Assembly: GCA_965205505.1 (NCBI GenBank)
Contig: CBDBHB010000009.1
Coordinates: 3,103,851-3,167,850, forward strand
Length of the DNA stretch: 64,000 nucleotides
Direction: 5' to 3'
Source: Acidobacteriota bacterium
Lineage (GTDB): Bacteria > Acidobacteriota > UBA890 > WLXD01
Shown here: piece after piece, positions 20,222 to 30,616 of the stretch
Layout of the letters: every line of letters begins with the position of its first letter
Position numbering within the stretch: position 1 is the first letter of the stretch
Position numbers and translations under genes: made by a program
Notes under the pieces: generated by a model
Database searches by the model: none
Told to the model about the DNA's origin: nothing
Seen by the model: only the letters and a program-made list of their open reading frames with translations

Positions 20222-22102
20222 CTATTCAACGATCGGTAGGATGACGTGCGACGGGTACTCGGCCGAATGGTGAACGCCGTTGTGCGCCAGTACCCATTCG
20301 GTCTCGTCGTAGTTGTTGCCGCCGGTGTTCATGTTGCGGCTGAAGCGCGGGAAGTTGCTGCTCGACACCTCGAGTCTGACACGGTGTCCGGAACCGAAAT
20401 AGTTGCTGGTGGCGTGCAGGTCGAGGCGGGCCTCGTAGACATCGCCGGCCTGCATCCATACCTTCTTGTCGAACCCTTCCCTGTAGCGCATGCGTAGCGC
20501 GCCCTCTTGCACGTTGAAGGCTCTTCCGTCGGGGTAGACGTCGATCAGCTTGGCAGTGAAATCCGTGTCCTTGGCGGACGAGTCCACATAGAGCACGACC
20601 TCCAACGGCCCGGACACCTCTACGCCTTCGTCAAGCGCCTCCGATGTATAGACGAGCACGTCCTGTCGCATCTCGTTCACCGATTGATCGTATCCGCCCT
20701 GCCCGGTGCTCATGCCCGTGCAGCATGCCTGGCCGCCTAGCGACATCACCGGGGTGGCGGGATCGTAGGTGAATCGATCTGCTGGCTCATCGCCCGGCGG
20801 CGCGGCACTCAGCAACCCGTCGCCGAGTCGACTGTTGGCGCGGCCACCGCTATGCAAGTAGAGCTTCCTGTAGCTCGTACCGGCAGGCGGCCATGTATCG
20901 GCGGAGCGCCACTCGTTCATTCCCATGAGGTAGTAGCTCACGTGCGGCATGTCGGTGACGCTGTTGTCGATTCCCTTCAGCCAGTAGTCGAACCAGTCGA
21001 GATAGAGATCGACGTAGCCCTTGCGCGCATCGCCGAGATCGCGCTCGCCGACGATGGTGCGCTCGGCAGCAGCACTGTGGCTGCAGTGGGTCGTCGGGGC
21101 GACGATGAGGAACTGGTTGTCGCGCGCCCTTTGGCCCACCGAGCTCTCACGCATCTGGTTGAACAGCATGAGCGTCTCGCCGACGGCGAAGTCGTACCAG
21201 CTGTCCACATACAATGCCGCTGTGTCGAACCTGTCGTCGGCGCGAACGAAATCCAGCTCCTGAAAATACTCCGCTTCCGGAGTATTCGAGGCGTAGTCTT
21301 CGTAGTCGGTCTCGGCAGCGCCCGACTTCTTCACCACATCGATGATCGGCAACGTCCAGTAGAGCCCGAGCCGATCTGCCCGCTGACGTTCAGGGCCGGT
21401 GCGGAAGAGTTTGGCCTGTTCGGATCCGAACCACTCTTCGCGGTCGACCCAGTCGGGAGGCCCGTAGAAGAGTTTGGTCGGGTTGCTGATGAACCAGCCT
21501 GCGGTTTGTGCCAGCTCGAAGGCGCCACCATCGAACGACGCCCATGGCCGACCGGGTGAGTAGTACGTCCCTGACGGAGCCATCGCGATGGCCGCCACGT
21601 GATTGGGATGCTGCGCCGCCATTAGCTCCAGCTGTACCCCACCGCGATACGAGCAGCCAAAGGTCGCCACCTTGCCGCTGGACCAGGGCCGCGTGCTCAA
21701 CCACTCCACGGTGTCGTATCCGTCGTTACGGTCGGTGGCGTGTACCACGTATCGACCCTCCGACTCGTAGCGGCCGCGGATGTCCTGCATGGCGACTACA
21801 TAGCCCTGACCAACGAACGTCTCGACGTCGACCCGGTTTCCACCCTCCTTGCCGTACGGCGTGCGCACCAAGATCGTCGGCAGCGGCTCCGTCGCCCCCG
21901 CGGGGAAGTACAGGTCGGTCGACAGTTCGGCCCCGTCGCGCATCGGCACCATGACGCCGACATCGGGCCGAACGGAGTACGTGGCCTCGCGGCTATGGCC
22001 TCCGTCCATCTGCGCCCAACCTGTACCGATGGAGATCACGGTGGCCAGACTCATACACACGGCGAAGAGAGTGCTGCGGAGCTCTTCACGTCGAATGGTC
22101 AT
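20222..22102 (-). CDS. CocE/NonD family hydrolase, secreted
   Basis: VPMRDG, RTPYG, QDIRGRY.SEG, GCSYRG nucleophile motif, SSSNFPRF.RN. Confidence 0.9.
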   Translation of the reverse strand: MTIRREELRSTLFAVCMSLATVISIGTGWAQMDGGHSREATYSVRPDVGVMVPMRDGAELSTDLYFPAGATEPLPTILVRTPYGKEGGNRVDVETFVGQGYVVAMQDIRGRYESEGRYVVHATDRNDGYDTVEWLSTRPWSSGKVATFGCSYRGGVQLELMAAQHPNHVAAIAMAPSGTYYSPGRPWASFDGGAFELAQTAGWFISNPTKLFYGPPDWVDREEWFGSEQAKLFRTGPERQRADRLGLYWTLPIIDVVKKSGAAETDYEDYASNTPEAEYFQELDFVRADDRFDTAALYVDSWYDFAVGETLMLFNQMRESSVGQRARDNQFLIVAPTTHCSHSAAAERTIVGERDLGDARKGYVDLYLDWFDYWLKGIDNSVTDMPHVSYYLMGMNEWRSADTWPPAGTSYRKLYLHSGGRANSRLGDGLLSAAPPGDEPADRFTYDPATPVMSLGGQACCTGMSTGQGGYDQSVNEMRQDVLVYTSEALDEGVEVSGPLEVVLYVDSSAKDTDFTAKLIDVYPDGRAFNVQEGALRMRYREGFDKKVWMQAGDVYEARLDLHATSNYFGSGHRVRLEVSSSNFPRFSRNMNTGGNNYDETEWVLAHNGVHHSAEYPSHVILPIVE

Positions 22103-22157
22103 CTGGATCTCCTGATCTGCATTCGCACTCGATAGCCTGGCTGGACAGCCACCCCTG

Positions 22158-24131
22158 CTAGACAGCCACCCCTGCCTTGAGCCCTTCGAAGACCGCTTCC
22201 TCGGCGGTACGCGGGCAGAGACAATCACCAATGGCGACGACCTCACCGTCGAAGCCCACCAGCTCGGCCTCGAGATCGTTCACGGCAGCGTGCCCCATGG
22301 CCAGCACGAGCGTATCGCAGCCCGCGTACGTAACCTGTTCGCCACTCGTCGTGTGCACGAAACGGATCGTGCCGTCGGCCGCGGCTCGCGCGAGCCGCAG
22401 GAGCGGCACGACCTCGACTCCCAGGCGATGCACCGCGCCCACCATGAGGTCGCGCACGTACTGCTGGATGGTCTCTCCGGGCATGGTGCCGTTGACACAC
22501 AGCCGCACCGGATGCCCGGCGAGGGCGAGCTTCTGGGCGATCCCGAGACCAACCCAATCGCAGCGCCAATCGGCGACGACAACAGAGCCATTGACTTCGA
22601 CCTCGTCCCGCAGGATCTGCCAGGCAGTAACTGTGTGCGCCTCGTCAATCCCCGGAATCTCCGGTATGTACGGCTTGGCTCCGGTGGCAAGAACGACAAC
22701 ATCCGGCGAGCGCTGAGCGATCAGCTCGCCGGTGACGTCGACGCCGGTGATGAGCTCCACGCCTGCGGCCTCGACCTCGCGCACCAAGTTCCGGGTCATG
22801 CCGCCGATCTCGGCACGTTCTGGGAGTGCCGCGGCCAGCAGAAGTTGCCCTCCGAGCTCCGGCGAACGCTCGCAAAGAACCACCTCGTGGCCCCGCTGGG
22901 CCGCCACCGCTGCTGCTTTCATGCCCGCCGGCCCCCCGCCGATGACGAGGATCTTGCGCCGCACATCGGCCGAGCGTAGCTCGCCGTAGACCAGCTCGCG
23001 CCCGCTCTCGGGATACTGGATACACGAGATCGGTACTCCCATGTGCATGTGTCCTATACAGGCTTGGTTGCAACCGATACAGGTTCGAATCTCGTCCAGA
23101 CGACCCTCGCCGGCCTTGTTGGGCATCTCCGGATCGCTGATCAGCGCCCGCGTCATGCCGCACAGATCGGCCTGGCCTGCCACCAGGATGCGCTCGGCAT
23201 CGACGGGATCGACCGTCCGCCCGGTTACGATCACCGGCTTGCCCACCACAGCACGCACTGCCGCGGCATGGGGTGCCACAGAGGATCTCTTGGTCTCCAT
23301 GGGCGGCACTATGTGGGCGGAGCTTCCCAGCGTCGTGGAGGCCCCTGTCACGACGCTGAAATAGTCGAGCTCGCCATCGGCGTCGAGTGTCTGGCAGATA
23401 TCGACTACCTCGTCAGCGCTCAGGCCGTCCGGGTGGAGCTCGTCGGCCGAGATACGCAGTCCGATGACCATGTCGCCGATTCGGGCCCGTACTGCCGATA
23501 CCACTTCGCGAACGAGCCGGAGGCGATTGGCGAAGCTGCCGCCGTAGTCGTCGTCGCGCCGGTTCACCCGCGCGTTGAGGAATTGGGCGATCAGGTAGCC
23601 GTGACTGCCGACGATCTCGACTCCGTCGAACCCGGCTCGCTGCAAGCGCTCGGCACCATCGGCAAAGCCGCTGATGATCTCGTCGATAAGACCCTTCGAC
23701 ATCGCCCTGGGCATGACGTGAAAGCGCTCGTTCGGGACCGCCGACGCCGAGTACGCCACCATCGCGCTACCGTCCTCGGTCTTGGGGAAGATCTCTCGTC
23801 CAGGATGGAACAGCTGACCGAATACGGTGCAGCCGTACCCGTGGCATGCGTCGGCGATCTTGCGAAACCCTGGGACGCAGTTGTCGCTGGTCGCCATGAT
23901 GATGCGCGGGGTATACCGCGAGCTGTCGTGGATCCCGGCGATCTCGGTGATGATCAGCCCGACCCCGCCTGCCGCACGAGCGGTGTGATAGGCAGCGGTG
24001 GTGTCGCTGGGCACACCGTTCTCGGCCATCATCGTGTCGTGTCCGGTCGACACGATGCGGTTCTTGACCGTGACGTTGCGAATCGTCAGCGGCGAGAACA
24101 GCTCCGGGAGGGCACTTCTCATTTCAACCAA
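22158..24131 (-). CDS. OYE-like NADH:flavin oxidoreductase with Fe-S and FAD domains (TMADH/DgcA-like architecture)
   Basis: KNRIVST, HGYLIAQFL, NRRDDDYGGS, CIGCNQAC, IGGGPAG. Confidence 0.85.
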   Translation of the reverse strand: MVEMRSALPELFSPLTIRNVTVKNRIVSTGHDTMMAENGVPSDTTAAYHTARAAGGVGLIITEIAGIHDSSRYTPRIIMATSDNCVPGFRKIADACHGYGCTVFGQLFHPGREIFPKTEDGSAMVAYSASAVPNERFHVMPRAMSKGLIDEIISGFADGAERLQRAGFDGVEIVGSHGYLIAQFLNARVNRRDDDYGGSFANRLRLVREVVSAVRARIGDMVIGLRISADELHPDGLSADEVVDICQTLDADGELDYFSVVTGASTTLGSSAHIVPPMETKRSSVAPHAAAVRAVVGKPVIVTGRTVDPVDAERILVAGQADLCGMTRALISDPEMPNKAGEGRLDEIRTCIGCNQACIGHMHMGVPISCIQYPESGRELVYGELRSADVRRKILVIGGGPAGMKAAAVAAQRGHEVVLCERSPELGGQLLLAAALPERAEIGGMTRNLVREVEAAGVELITGVDVTGELIAQRSPDVVVLATGAKPYIPEIPGIDEAHTVTAWQILRDEVEVNGSVVVADWRCDWVGLGIAQKLALAGHPVRLCVNGTMPGETIQQYVRDLMVGAVHRLGVEVVPLLRLARAAADGTIRFVHTTSGEQVTYAGCDTLVLAMGHAAVNDLEAELVGFDGEVVAIGDCLCPRTAEEAVFEGLKAGVAV

Positions 24132-24149
24132 CCAAAGCCTGGTTCGTCA

Positions 24150-25610
24150 TCAGTACGGTGCCTCGACATCGCCCATCTCTACGTAGACGCTCTTGAGCTG
24201 CGTGTAGTGATTGAGGGTGGTGAGGCTGTTCTCCCGACCGATGCCGGATTGTTTCGTGCCGCCGAACGGCATCTCGATCGGCGTGATGTTGTAGTTGTTG
24301 ATCCAACAAGTGCCGGCCTCCAACTGCGCCACCACTCGATGGGCGCGTTGAATGTCGCTGGTGAACACACCGGCAGCCAGGCCGTACATGGTGTCGTTGG
24401 CCCGTTCCACCACCTCGTCCTCGGTCTCGAAGGCGAGTACCGCCATCACCGGGCCGAAAATCTCCTCCTGAACGATCTGCATGTCGTCGCTGCACCCATC
24501 GAAGACGGTCGGTTCAACGAAGAAGCCGTTGGTCAGTTCCGGATCATCGGGCGGTCCACCGCCACACAGTAACTTGGCTCCATTCGCCTTACCGGTCTCG
24601 ATGTAGCTGATCACCCGGTCTCTGTGCTCGGCCGAGATCAACGCCCCGACGTGCGTCCCGGGGTCGAGTGGATCACCGATCCGCATCCGTCCGACGCGCT
24701 CCAGCAGACGATCGAGGAACTGACTGTGGATACTGCTCTCGACAAACACGCGTGTGCCGTTGGAGCAGATCTCCCCCTGGGTATAGAAGTTGGCCATGAT
24801 CGCCGCCGAGACGGCGTTCTCGAGGTTGCTGTCGGCGAAGATCAGCAGCGGCGACTTGCCGCCCAGCTCCATCGTGACGTGTTTGAGCGTACTGGCGGCA
24901 TCGGCCATGACGAGCTTCCCGGTCGCGACCTCTCCGGTAAGCGACACCTTGGCGATCCCTGCGTGGCGGGTGAGAAGCTGGCCCGTCCGCGCGTCACCCT
25001 GCACTATGTTGAACACACCATCCGGTACCCCGGCCTCGGTAAATATCTCCGCCAGCTTCGGGGCGGTGAGCGGCGTGAGCTCGGCCGGCTTGAAGATCAT
25101 CGCGTTGCCGCATGCCAACGCCGGCCCCGACTTCCAGCAGGCGATCTGCAACGGGTAGTTCCAGGCGCCAATACCGGCACACACCCCGAGAGGCTCGCGG
25201 CGCGTGTAGGCAAACGACGTGCCCAGATCGAAATGCTCGCCGTGCAGGCTGGCCGCAAGGCCGGCGTAATACTCGATACAGTCGGCACCCGATAGCACAT
25301 CGACGACCGAGGCCTCCTGAATCGGCTTGCCGGTATCCAGAACTTCCAGATGCGCCAACTCGTCGTTGCGCTGCCGCAACAGCGCCACGGCGCGGTTGAG
25401 GATCCGTCCGCGCTCCGCACCGGTCATCGTCGACCATTCCTCGAAGCCCGCGCGCGCCGCGGCTACGGCGCGATCCACGTCTTCGGCGCCGGCCTGTTGG
25501 ATGCTGCAGAGCACCTTGCCGGTGGCGGGATTGATGGTCTCGAACGACTCACCGCTGGTGGCGGCCACGTACTTTCCACCGATGTACAGCTGTTGATCAG
25601 CAATTGTCAT
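24150..25610 (-). CDS. betB: Betaine aldehyde dehydrogenase
   Basis: [56 protein letters not shown]. Confidence 0.88.
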   Translation of the reverse strand: MTIADQQLYIGGKYVAATSGESFETINPATGKVLCSIQQAGAEDVDRAVAAARAGFEEWSTMTGAERGRILNRAVALLRQRNDELAHLEVLDTGKPIQEASVVDVLSGADCIEYYAGLAASLHGEHFDLGTSFAYTRREPLGVCAGIGAWNYPLQIACWKSGPALACGNAMIFKPAELTPLTAPKLAEIFTEAGVPDGVFNIVQGDARTGQLLTRHAGIAKVSLTGEVATGKLVMADAASTLKHVTMELGGKSPLLIFADSNLENAVSAAIMANFYTQGEICSNGTRVFVESSIHSQFLDRLLERVGRMRIGDPLDPGTHVGALISAEHRDRVISYIETGKANGAKLLCGGGPPDDPELTNGFFVEPTVFDGCSDDMQIVQEEIFGPVMAVLAFETEDEVVERANDTMYGLAAGVFTSDIQRAHRVVAQLEAGTCWINNYNITPIEMPFGGTKQSGIGRENSLTTLNHYTQLKSVYVEMGDVEAPY

Positions 25611-25622
25611 CAGTGCGTCCCT

Positions 25623-26309
25623 TTACTCCGCCTCGACGAACTCATCGACCTCGTCGTCGGGCATTGCCCCGCCGTCGCTCGAGAGGAGCTCGGCCGGATA
25701 GTGCTCTGCCCAAACGGCGATGATCTCGTCCAGCGGCACATCCGCATAGTGACCACGGTCGTGCACGTATTCCATATAGCGATTGCCGTCACGGTCGGAC
25801 TGTTGGAACAACGAGTCGTTACGACCATCGAACGACATCGGCTCGACGTTGAAGCGCTCACAGAGTGAGGCGTTGAACGCCGGCGTGGCCTTGACCCACC
25901 GGCCGTCCAGGTACAGCTCCGCGTAGCCGTGGAATACGAACAGGTCGGTTTGCATCTCGCGCTTCAATCGCTCGCTGGCGAGATGGTTCACGACGTCGCC
26001 GAACCCCAAGCGACTAGGGATTCCGTGCACGCGCGCCGCTGCTGCGAGCAGCGTCGCTTTGCTGATGCAGAACCCGAACCCGTTCTCGAGCACGGCGCTC
26101 GCGCGCATACCCTCGACGGTTAGGTCGATCGTATAGGGGTCGTAACGGAAACTGTCCCGCACACGGTCGTGCAAGCCAACGGCCTTATCAATGTCAGTGT
26201 TCTCCAGGCCGACGCTCTCGCGAGCGAACTCGATGACCGCAGGGTGATCGCTGTCGATGAAAGGCGTCGCCACCGAGTATTGGTCGAATTGGCTGTGCTG
26301 CTCGCTCAT
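25623..26309 (-). CDS. Transglutaminase-like family protein
   Basis: GFCISKA (Cys), FHGYAEL (His), WVKATPAF. Confidence 0.82.
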   Translation of the reverse strand: MSEQHSQFDQYSVATPFIDSDHPAVIEFARESVGLENTDIDKAVGLHDRVRDSFRYDPYTIDLTVEGMRASAVLENGFGFCISKATLLAAAARVHGIPSRLGFGDVVNHLASERLKREMQTDLFVFHGYAELYLDGRWVKATPAFNASLCERFNVEPMSFDGRNDSLFQQSDRDGNRYMEYVHDRGHYADVPLDEIIAVWAEHYPAELLSSDGGAMPDDEVDEFVEAE

Positions 26310-27119
26310 GCGATCACTCCCTGGCCTAGACCGCGTATCTGGTCGATGTATTCCTGCGGAAACACCATATTCGGCGCGCAGTCATAGCTGAACACGGCGA
26401 TCATGCGCGGCCTGGATCCAACGCCTATTTCGGTCACTCGATGAATCGACTCATCGCCCCTGAACAGGGTAAACGTGCCCGCCTGTATCGCCGGGCGCTT
26501 GGCGAGCTGTTCTGGTCGCGCGAAGATGTCGGCTAGCGCCTCGTAGTTCTCGTTGCCCTCGTCGCGAACGTAGGGAACATATTCGAACTCGCCGCCAGAG
26601 TCGGCCTCGCTCAGCAGCAGAGAGAATACCGCGGCATTGCCGTCGAAGTGCCAGCCGTTGCAATCGCCCGGGCCGCCCACGTGCACGGTGAGTGCCAGAT
26701 GCGGGCAGGCGCTTCGAAACAGCGTCTCGTACCCGAGCACCTGTCGTACGAACTCGGTCAGATGCTCGGAAAGGTACAGCTGCCGGATAAGGCTGTCGTT
26801 GGGAATCTGATGGTTCAGAACCTGATGATAGCGGCAGTCGTGCGTTGCAGTTCGCGGATGGCCCGGCGGCCATTCCATGTCGTCTGCGTCGTAAGCGGGG
26901 CGCGCGCGGTCGAACCGGAACGCTTCACCGCGGAGGGCCCTCCACTTCTGCGACCATACGTCGCACAACGTCGGGTCGGACGAACCCCGGCAACAAGCAG
27001 AGCGCGCCCTCGTCCAAGTCGGCGCCGCACTCGGCGACCAGGGCGCGCATCCGATGGCTCTCGGGCTCGTCGAGCGGGTAGCGGTCGAAATCCAGCAGTT
27101 GTCGCAGCGCACTGTCCAT
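26306..27119 (-). CDS. 2OG-Fe(II) oxygenase (HalD/BesD-like fold, HxD type), frameshift near 26940
   Basis: N-terminal part MDSALRQLLDFDRYPLD is in one frame; C-terminal part with GWHFD, GGEFEYVP, LFRG..SIHRVT and R.IAVFSY is in another. Confidence 0.72.
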
Positions 27120-27238
27120 CGGGCCTGTCTCCCGTGGTAGGTTTCGTTCTCGGCCGGCCCAGACATTGGACGTTCGGAAAAACGCGAGCAAGCGCCGTGT
27201 CGGCGATCCAGGCGCGTAAGGGTGCCGTAGGAGACAAG

Positions 27239-28690
27239 ATGAACGACAAGTCGGGACATTCTGGTGATCGCAGCAACGCCTCCAAGGTAAGCCGGCGCGA
27301 CTTCGCGCGCTCGTCGGTGGTTGCGGGCGCCGTGGCAGTGACTCTCTCCACCCCGCTGCGTGCCAACACCGTCGAAGCGGCAGGCCGGAGTCTCGAGCAA
27401 GGGGGCGGCAGATTCCCGGATGGCTGGAGTCCGGGCACGACCATCCCCGCTAAGTACTACCTGGACGAGGAGATCTACCTCAAGGACGAGGCGATCATCA
27501 AAGACAATCTCTGGTTGCTAGCCGATCACGAGAGCCGCATTCCCGACGCCGGAGACTACTTCGTTTTCGCGTACGGGCGTGGCGACAGCATCCTCGTGGT
27601 ACGGAACAACAAGGGAATGGTCAACGCGTTTCACAATGTCTGTCGCCATCGCGGATCACGTCTCTGTCGTCACGATGCGGACTCGGTTCCGGCCGATCCG
27701 CGTCTCTCCGTCAAGCAGCTGGGCCAGGCAGGCAGCTCCCCGGTGTTTCGCTGCCCATACCACGCCTGGACCTACGACATCGATGGCAGCCTGATCTACG
27801 CCTACGGCATGCAGGACGACTTCGATCCGGCCGCAAACGGCTTGCGGCGATGCAATATCAAGACCTACGAGGGCCATATCTTCCTGCACCTCGGCGAGGG
27901 TGAAGCGCCCGACTTCGAGCCAACGGCGCAGAGCATCCGTCGGATTTGCCGGCGTCACGGCACGGCGCAGCTCAAGGTCGCGGCGCGACGCCAGTACCCA
28001 GTGCGCGGCAACTGGAAGCTCGCCGTGGAGAACTTCCTCGAGTGCTATCACTGCGGACCGGCTCATCGGTCGCTGGTGACGGCCCATGACTGGGACTATG
28101 CGCTCTCACCCGCACAACGCGCCGAGATCGAGGAGGAACTGGATACCTGGGTCACTGGCGAGGCTCGCCCCGGAGACGGCGGAGGAGGAATGGGCGGTGG
28201 CAGCATCGCCGACGGATTGCGAAACAACGTTGGCGTTGGGCGGGGCTTCCTCAATCCGGGCGTCCAGACCGGATCGCTCGATGGCAGGCGAGTGGCGCCA
28301 CTGCTGCCGACGTTCGACAAGGCAACGCATGGGTTCAGGGAAGCTGAGACCGGATGGTCGAGCGCCTACTGGGCCGCCTACGACGATCACGTCGCGATTG
28401 CGCGCTTCACACCGCGGGACGTGGAGCTCACCGACTGCGAGATCCTGTGGCTGGTGCATCCGGACGCGCAGGAGGGCCGCGACTACGATGTCGAAGATCT
28501 GATTGCCCTGTGGCACGTGACCATCCAAGAGGATATCTGGATCGTCGAGAACAACCATGCCGGTGTGCGATCGGGAGCATACGGAGCCGGACGCTACTCC
28601 ATTCATGAGACTTTCAGCGGGGGCAGCCCTGGAGGCTTCGTGCGCTGGTACATGGGGGTTCACCGTGGTGACGATCCCGGCCCGGTCTAA
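27239..28690 (+). CDS. Rieske non-heme iron oxygenase alpha subunit (GbcA/CntA-like) with twin-arginine leader
   Basis: SRRDF plus a hydrophobic stretch; NVCRHRG...CPYHAW; NWKLAVENFLECYHCGPAH; QED. Confidence 0.85.
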   Translation: MNDKSGHSGDRSNASKVSRRDFARSSVVAGAVAVTLSTPLRANTVEAAGRSLEQGGGRFPDGWSPGTTIPAKYYLDEEIYLKDEAIIKDNLWLLADHESRIPDAGDYFVFAYGRGDSILVVRNNKGMVNAFHNVCRHRGSRLCRHDADSVPADPRLSVKQLGQAGSSPVFRCPYHAWTYDIDGSLIYAYGMQDDFDPAANGLRRCNIKTYEGHIFLHLGEGEAPDFEPTAQSIRRICRRHGTAQLKVAARRQYPVRGNWKLAVENFLECYHCGPAHRSLVTAHDWDYALSPAQRAEIEEELDTWVTGEARPGDGGGGMGGGSIADGLRNNVGVGRGFLNPGVQTGSLDGRRVAPLLPTFDKATHGFREAETGWSSAYWAAYDDHVAIARFTPRDVELTDCEILWLVHPDAQEGRDYDVEDLIALWHVTIQEDIWIVENNHAGVRSGAYGAGRYSIHETFSGGSPGGFVRWYMGVHRGDDPGPV

Positions 28691-28797
28691 ACGTGGCGTG
28701 CCGGAGGCGCCTTCCCTACTGATGAAAGCTGCTGTAACGGAAACGGTGCGTTCACCGTTCGCGCCCTGCTAGTCCTGTAGCGCTGAGGAGTCACTGC

Positions 28798-29266
28798 ATG
28801 AAGAAGTCCGACCTCGACCTCGGGATGAATCGCCCGATCACCCGCCGCGATTTCCTCAACGGTGCGAGCGTCGCCGTTGGTGGCGTGGGCGCCATCGGCG
28901 CCGCTTCGATGCCGTCAGGCGGAGTCGACGCGACCGAAGCAGGCAGCACCCACCAGGGCCCGGGTCCCTTCGGCGACGAGTACTACCCGCCATCCGGACC
29001 GGGATATCGAAGCGATCACCGTCAACCGTTGGCCGCATGGTTACGCCGGAGCCGGAAACGATCTGTACGACCCGGAATGGAGCTACGACGAGGCGCCGTG
29101 GGTCGTCGGTCGCAAGCGCTTCGGTCGCATTACCATCGCCAATTCCGACGCGGCTGCAGTGTGTCTGACCTCGGCCGCCTTCGATCAGGGGCATCGCGCT
29201 GTTCAGGAGCTACTCACGGACGTCATTCGGCCTGAGTTCCAGTACCCCTGGGCGGAGAGAACCTGA
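28798..29266 (+). pseudogene. SpdH-like gene with a large internal deletion
   Basis: MKKS..ITRRDFLNG..EYYPP is joined out of frame at ~28992 to (D)PDRDIEAITVNRWPHG...PEFQYPWAERT*. Confidence 0.88.
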
Positions 29267-29464
29267 GCGGGATTCGGAGCATCCGGCTCCCGGGAGTGCC
29301 CGCGGAGATAAGCGCAAGGACGGGCACGCAGTCGTAGCGACGTGTAGTCGTGCTGACAGGAGCACCGGCCAAAACGCTTGGGCTCGCTGTGCGTTCGCAT
29401 TAGCTTAGTAGTGACAACGGAAAAAGCTCCCCTCGGCACTCGATTCACGAATGGAGAGTCGGCC

Positions 29465-30608
29465 TTGACCCTCGACGCCTCGCTACGTATCGCCGCTTTG
29501 GTGACGCTCACGCTGCTACCGGCCAACGCTGCTGCCCAGTGCCTCGTCTCGGAAGCCGACATCGTGAGCGGCGCCGCGCGCGACGCCATCCCTGCGCTGA
29601 CCAACCCGGAGACGATTTCCGCCGCCGAAGCCGACCTCCTCCTAGCACCCACCGACACGGTGCTCGGCGTGGTCCGAAACGGCGAGGCGCCCGAACGTCG
29701 CTGAGTCTATGGTCGCAGATGATGGTGAGCGGCATCTGCGTCGTTGACGATCTCGTGCCACCACAGAACGCGCATCGGATACGCTCGCCGGGTCGTACAT
29801 GATGAGGTTGTTGTCGAACAGTAGACCGGACGTACCGAAGATCATGTGCTGGCCGTCGAGGACGGGGTCGTATACCAAGCTGCTGCCCGGTGAGCGGGCA
29901 ATAGCTCACCGCGATCGGGACTGTTCACCAACCTCATCATGTACGACCGAACGTCGCTGAGTCGCCGAGGACGTCGGGTCGTACATCTCGCACCGGCCAA
30001 GTCTCTACCCTGTCACGGAGACCACATGGGCAGGCTGGAAGGCGATGCATCCCGACACCACGGCGATCAGCTTCGACACCGGCTACTCGCGCGACTACGA
30101 CCGCTATCCATACGGCGACTACGATACCGTCAGCAGTACACGGCTCCTTTTCCCTCACAGCTTCATCGACGACCGTCTCCCGCTCAAGGCGCTGGTACAC
30201 GGGATCGCGCACGACGGCACGGCGCGGGCCTATCCGCTCGACGATCTGACCGCCTCGGAGAGTCGCGTGGCGTTGAACGATCAGATCAACGGGCGTGCCT
30301 TGCTGGTGGTAGTCGACCGCGTCCGCGGTATGGTCGTCTCCTTCGATCGCCGGGTTCGATTCCGTAACAAGAAGGGAAAGTGGAAAACGAAGAAGTTCTT
30401 CTTCGATGTCGTCGATGGCGAAGGGTTTCCGTTTCTCCTCAAAGACCGCCAAACGGAGTCTACCTGGAACCTGCAGGGTGTGCCCGTCGGCGGTGAGCTC
30501 GTCGACAATGTGGAGGACGGAGGCCTGCCGCGAATCGCCGACGCATACAACGCGTTCTGGTTCGGCTGGGCGTCGTTTAATCGCGACACTCAGATCTACG
30601 AGCAGTAG
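29465..30608 (+). pseudogene. DUF3179-family protein with internally rearranged and inverted segments
   Basis: DAIPAL, TTW..WK..HPDT and AFWFGW..F are on +; AYP..L.WHEIVND and SYCPLTG/FGTSGLLFDNNLIMYD are on -. Confidence 0.75.
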
Positions 30609-30616
30609 TGGGCGTA

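Noticed and set aside
26306-27119. Radical halogenase
   Set aside because: The iron motif is HFD, not HxG or HxA, which indicates a hydroxylase.
26648-27238. 197-aa N-terminal extension of the Rieske ORF (similar extensions at 8422-8664, 11733-12104 and 13935-14192)
   Set aside because: They overlap neighbouring genes. Downstream ATGs followed by signal peptides are better starts.
29465-30608. Selenocysteine recoding or a shufflon as the cause of the DUF3179 breaks
   Set aside because: The motif has a Cys codon (TGC). The breaks are inversions and duplications without regular recombination sites or an adjacent recombinase.
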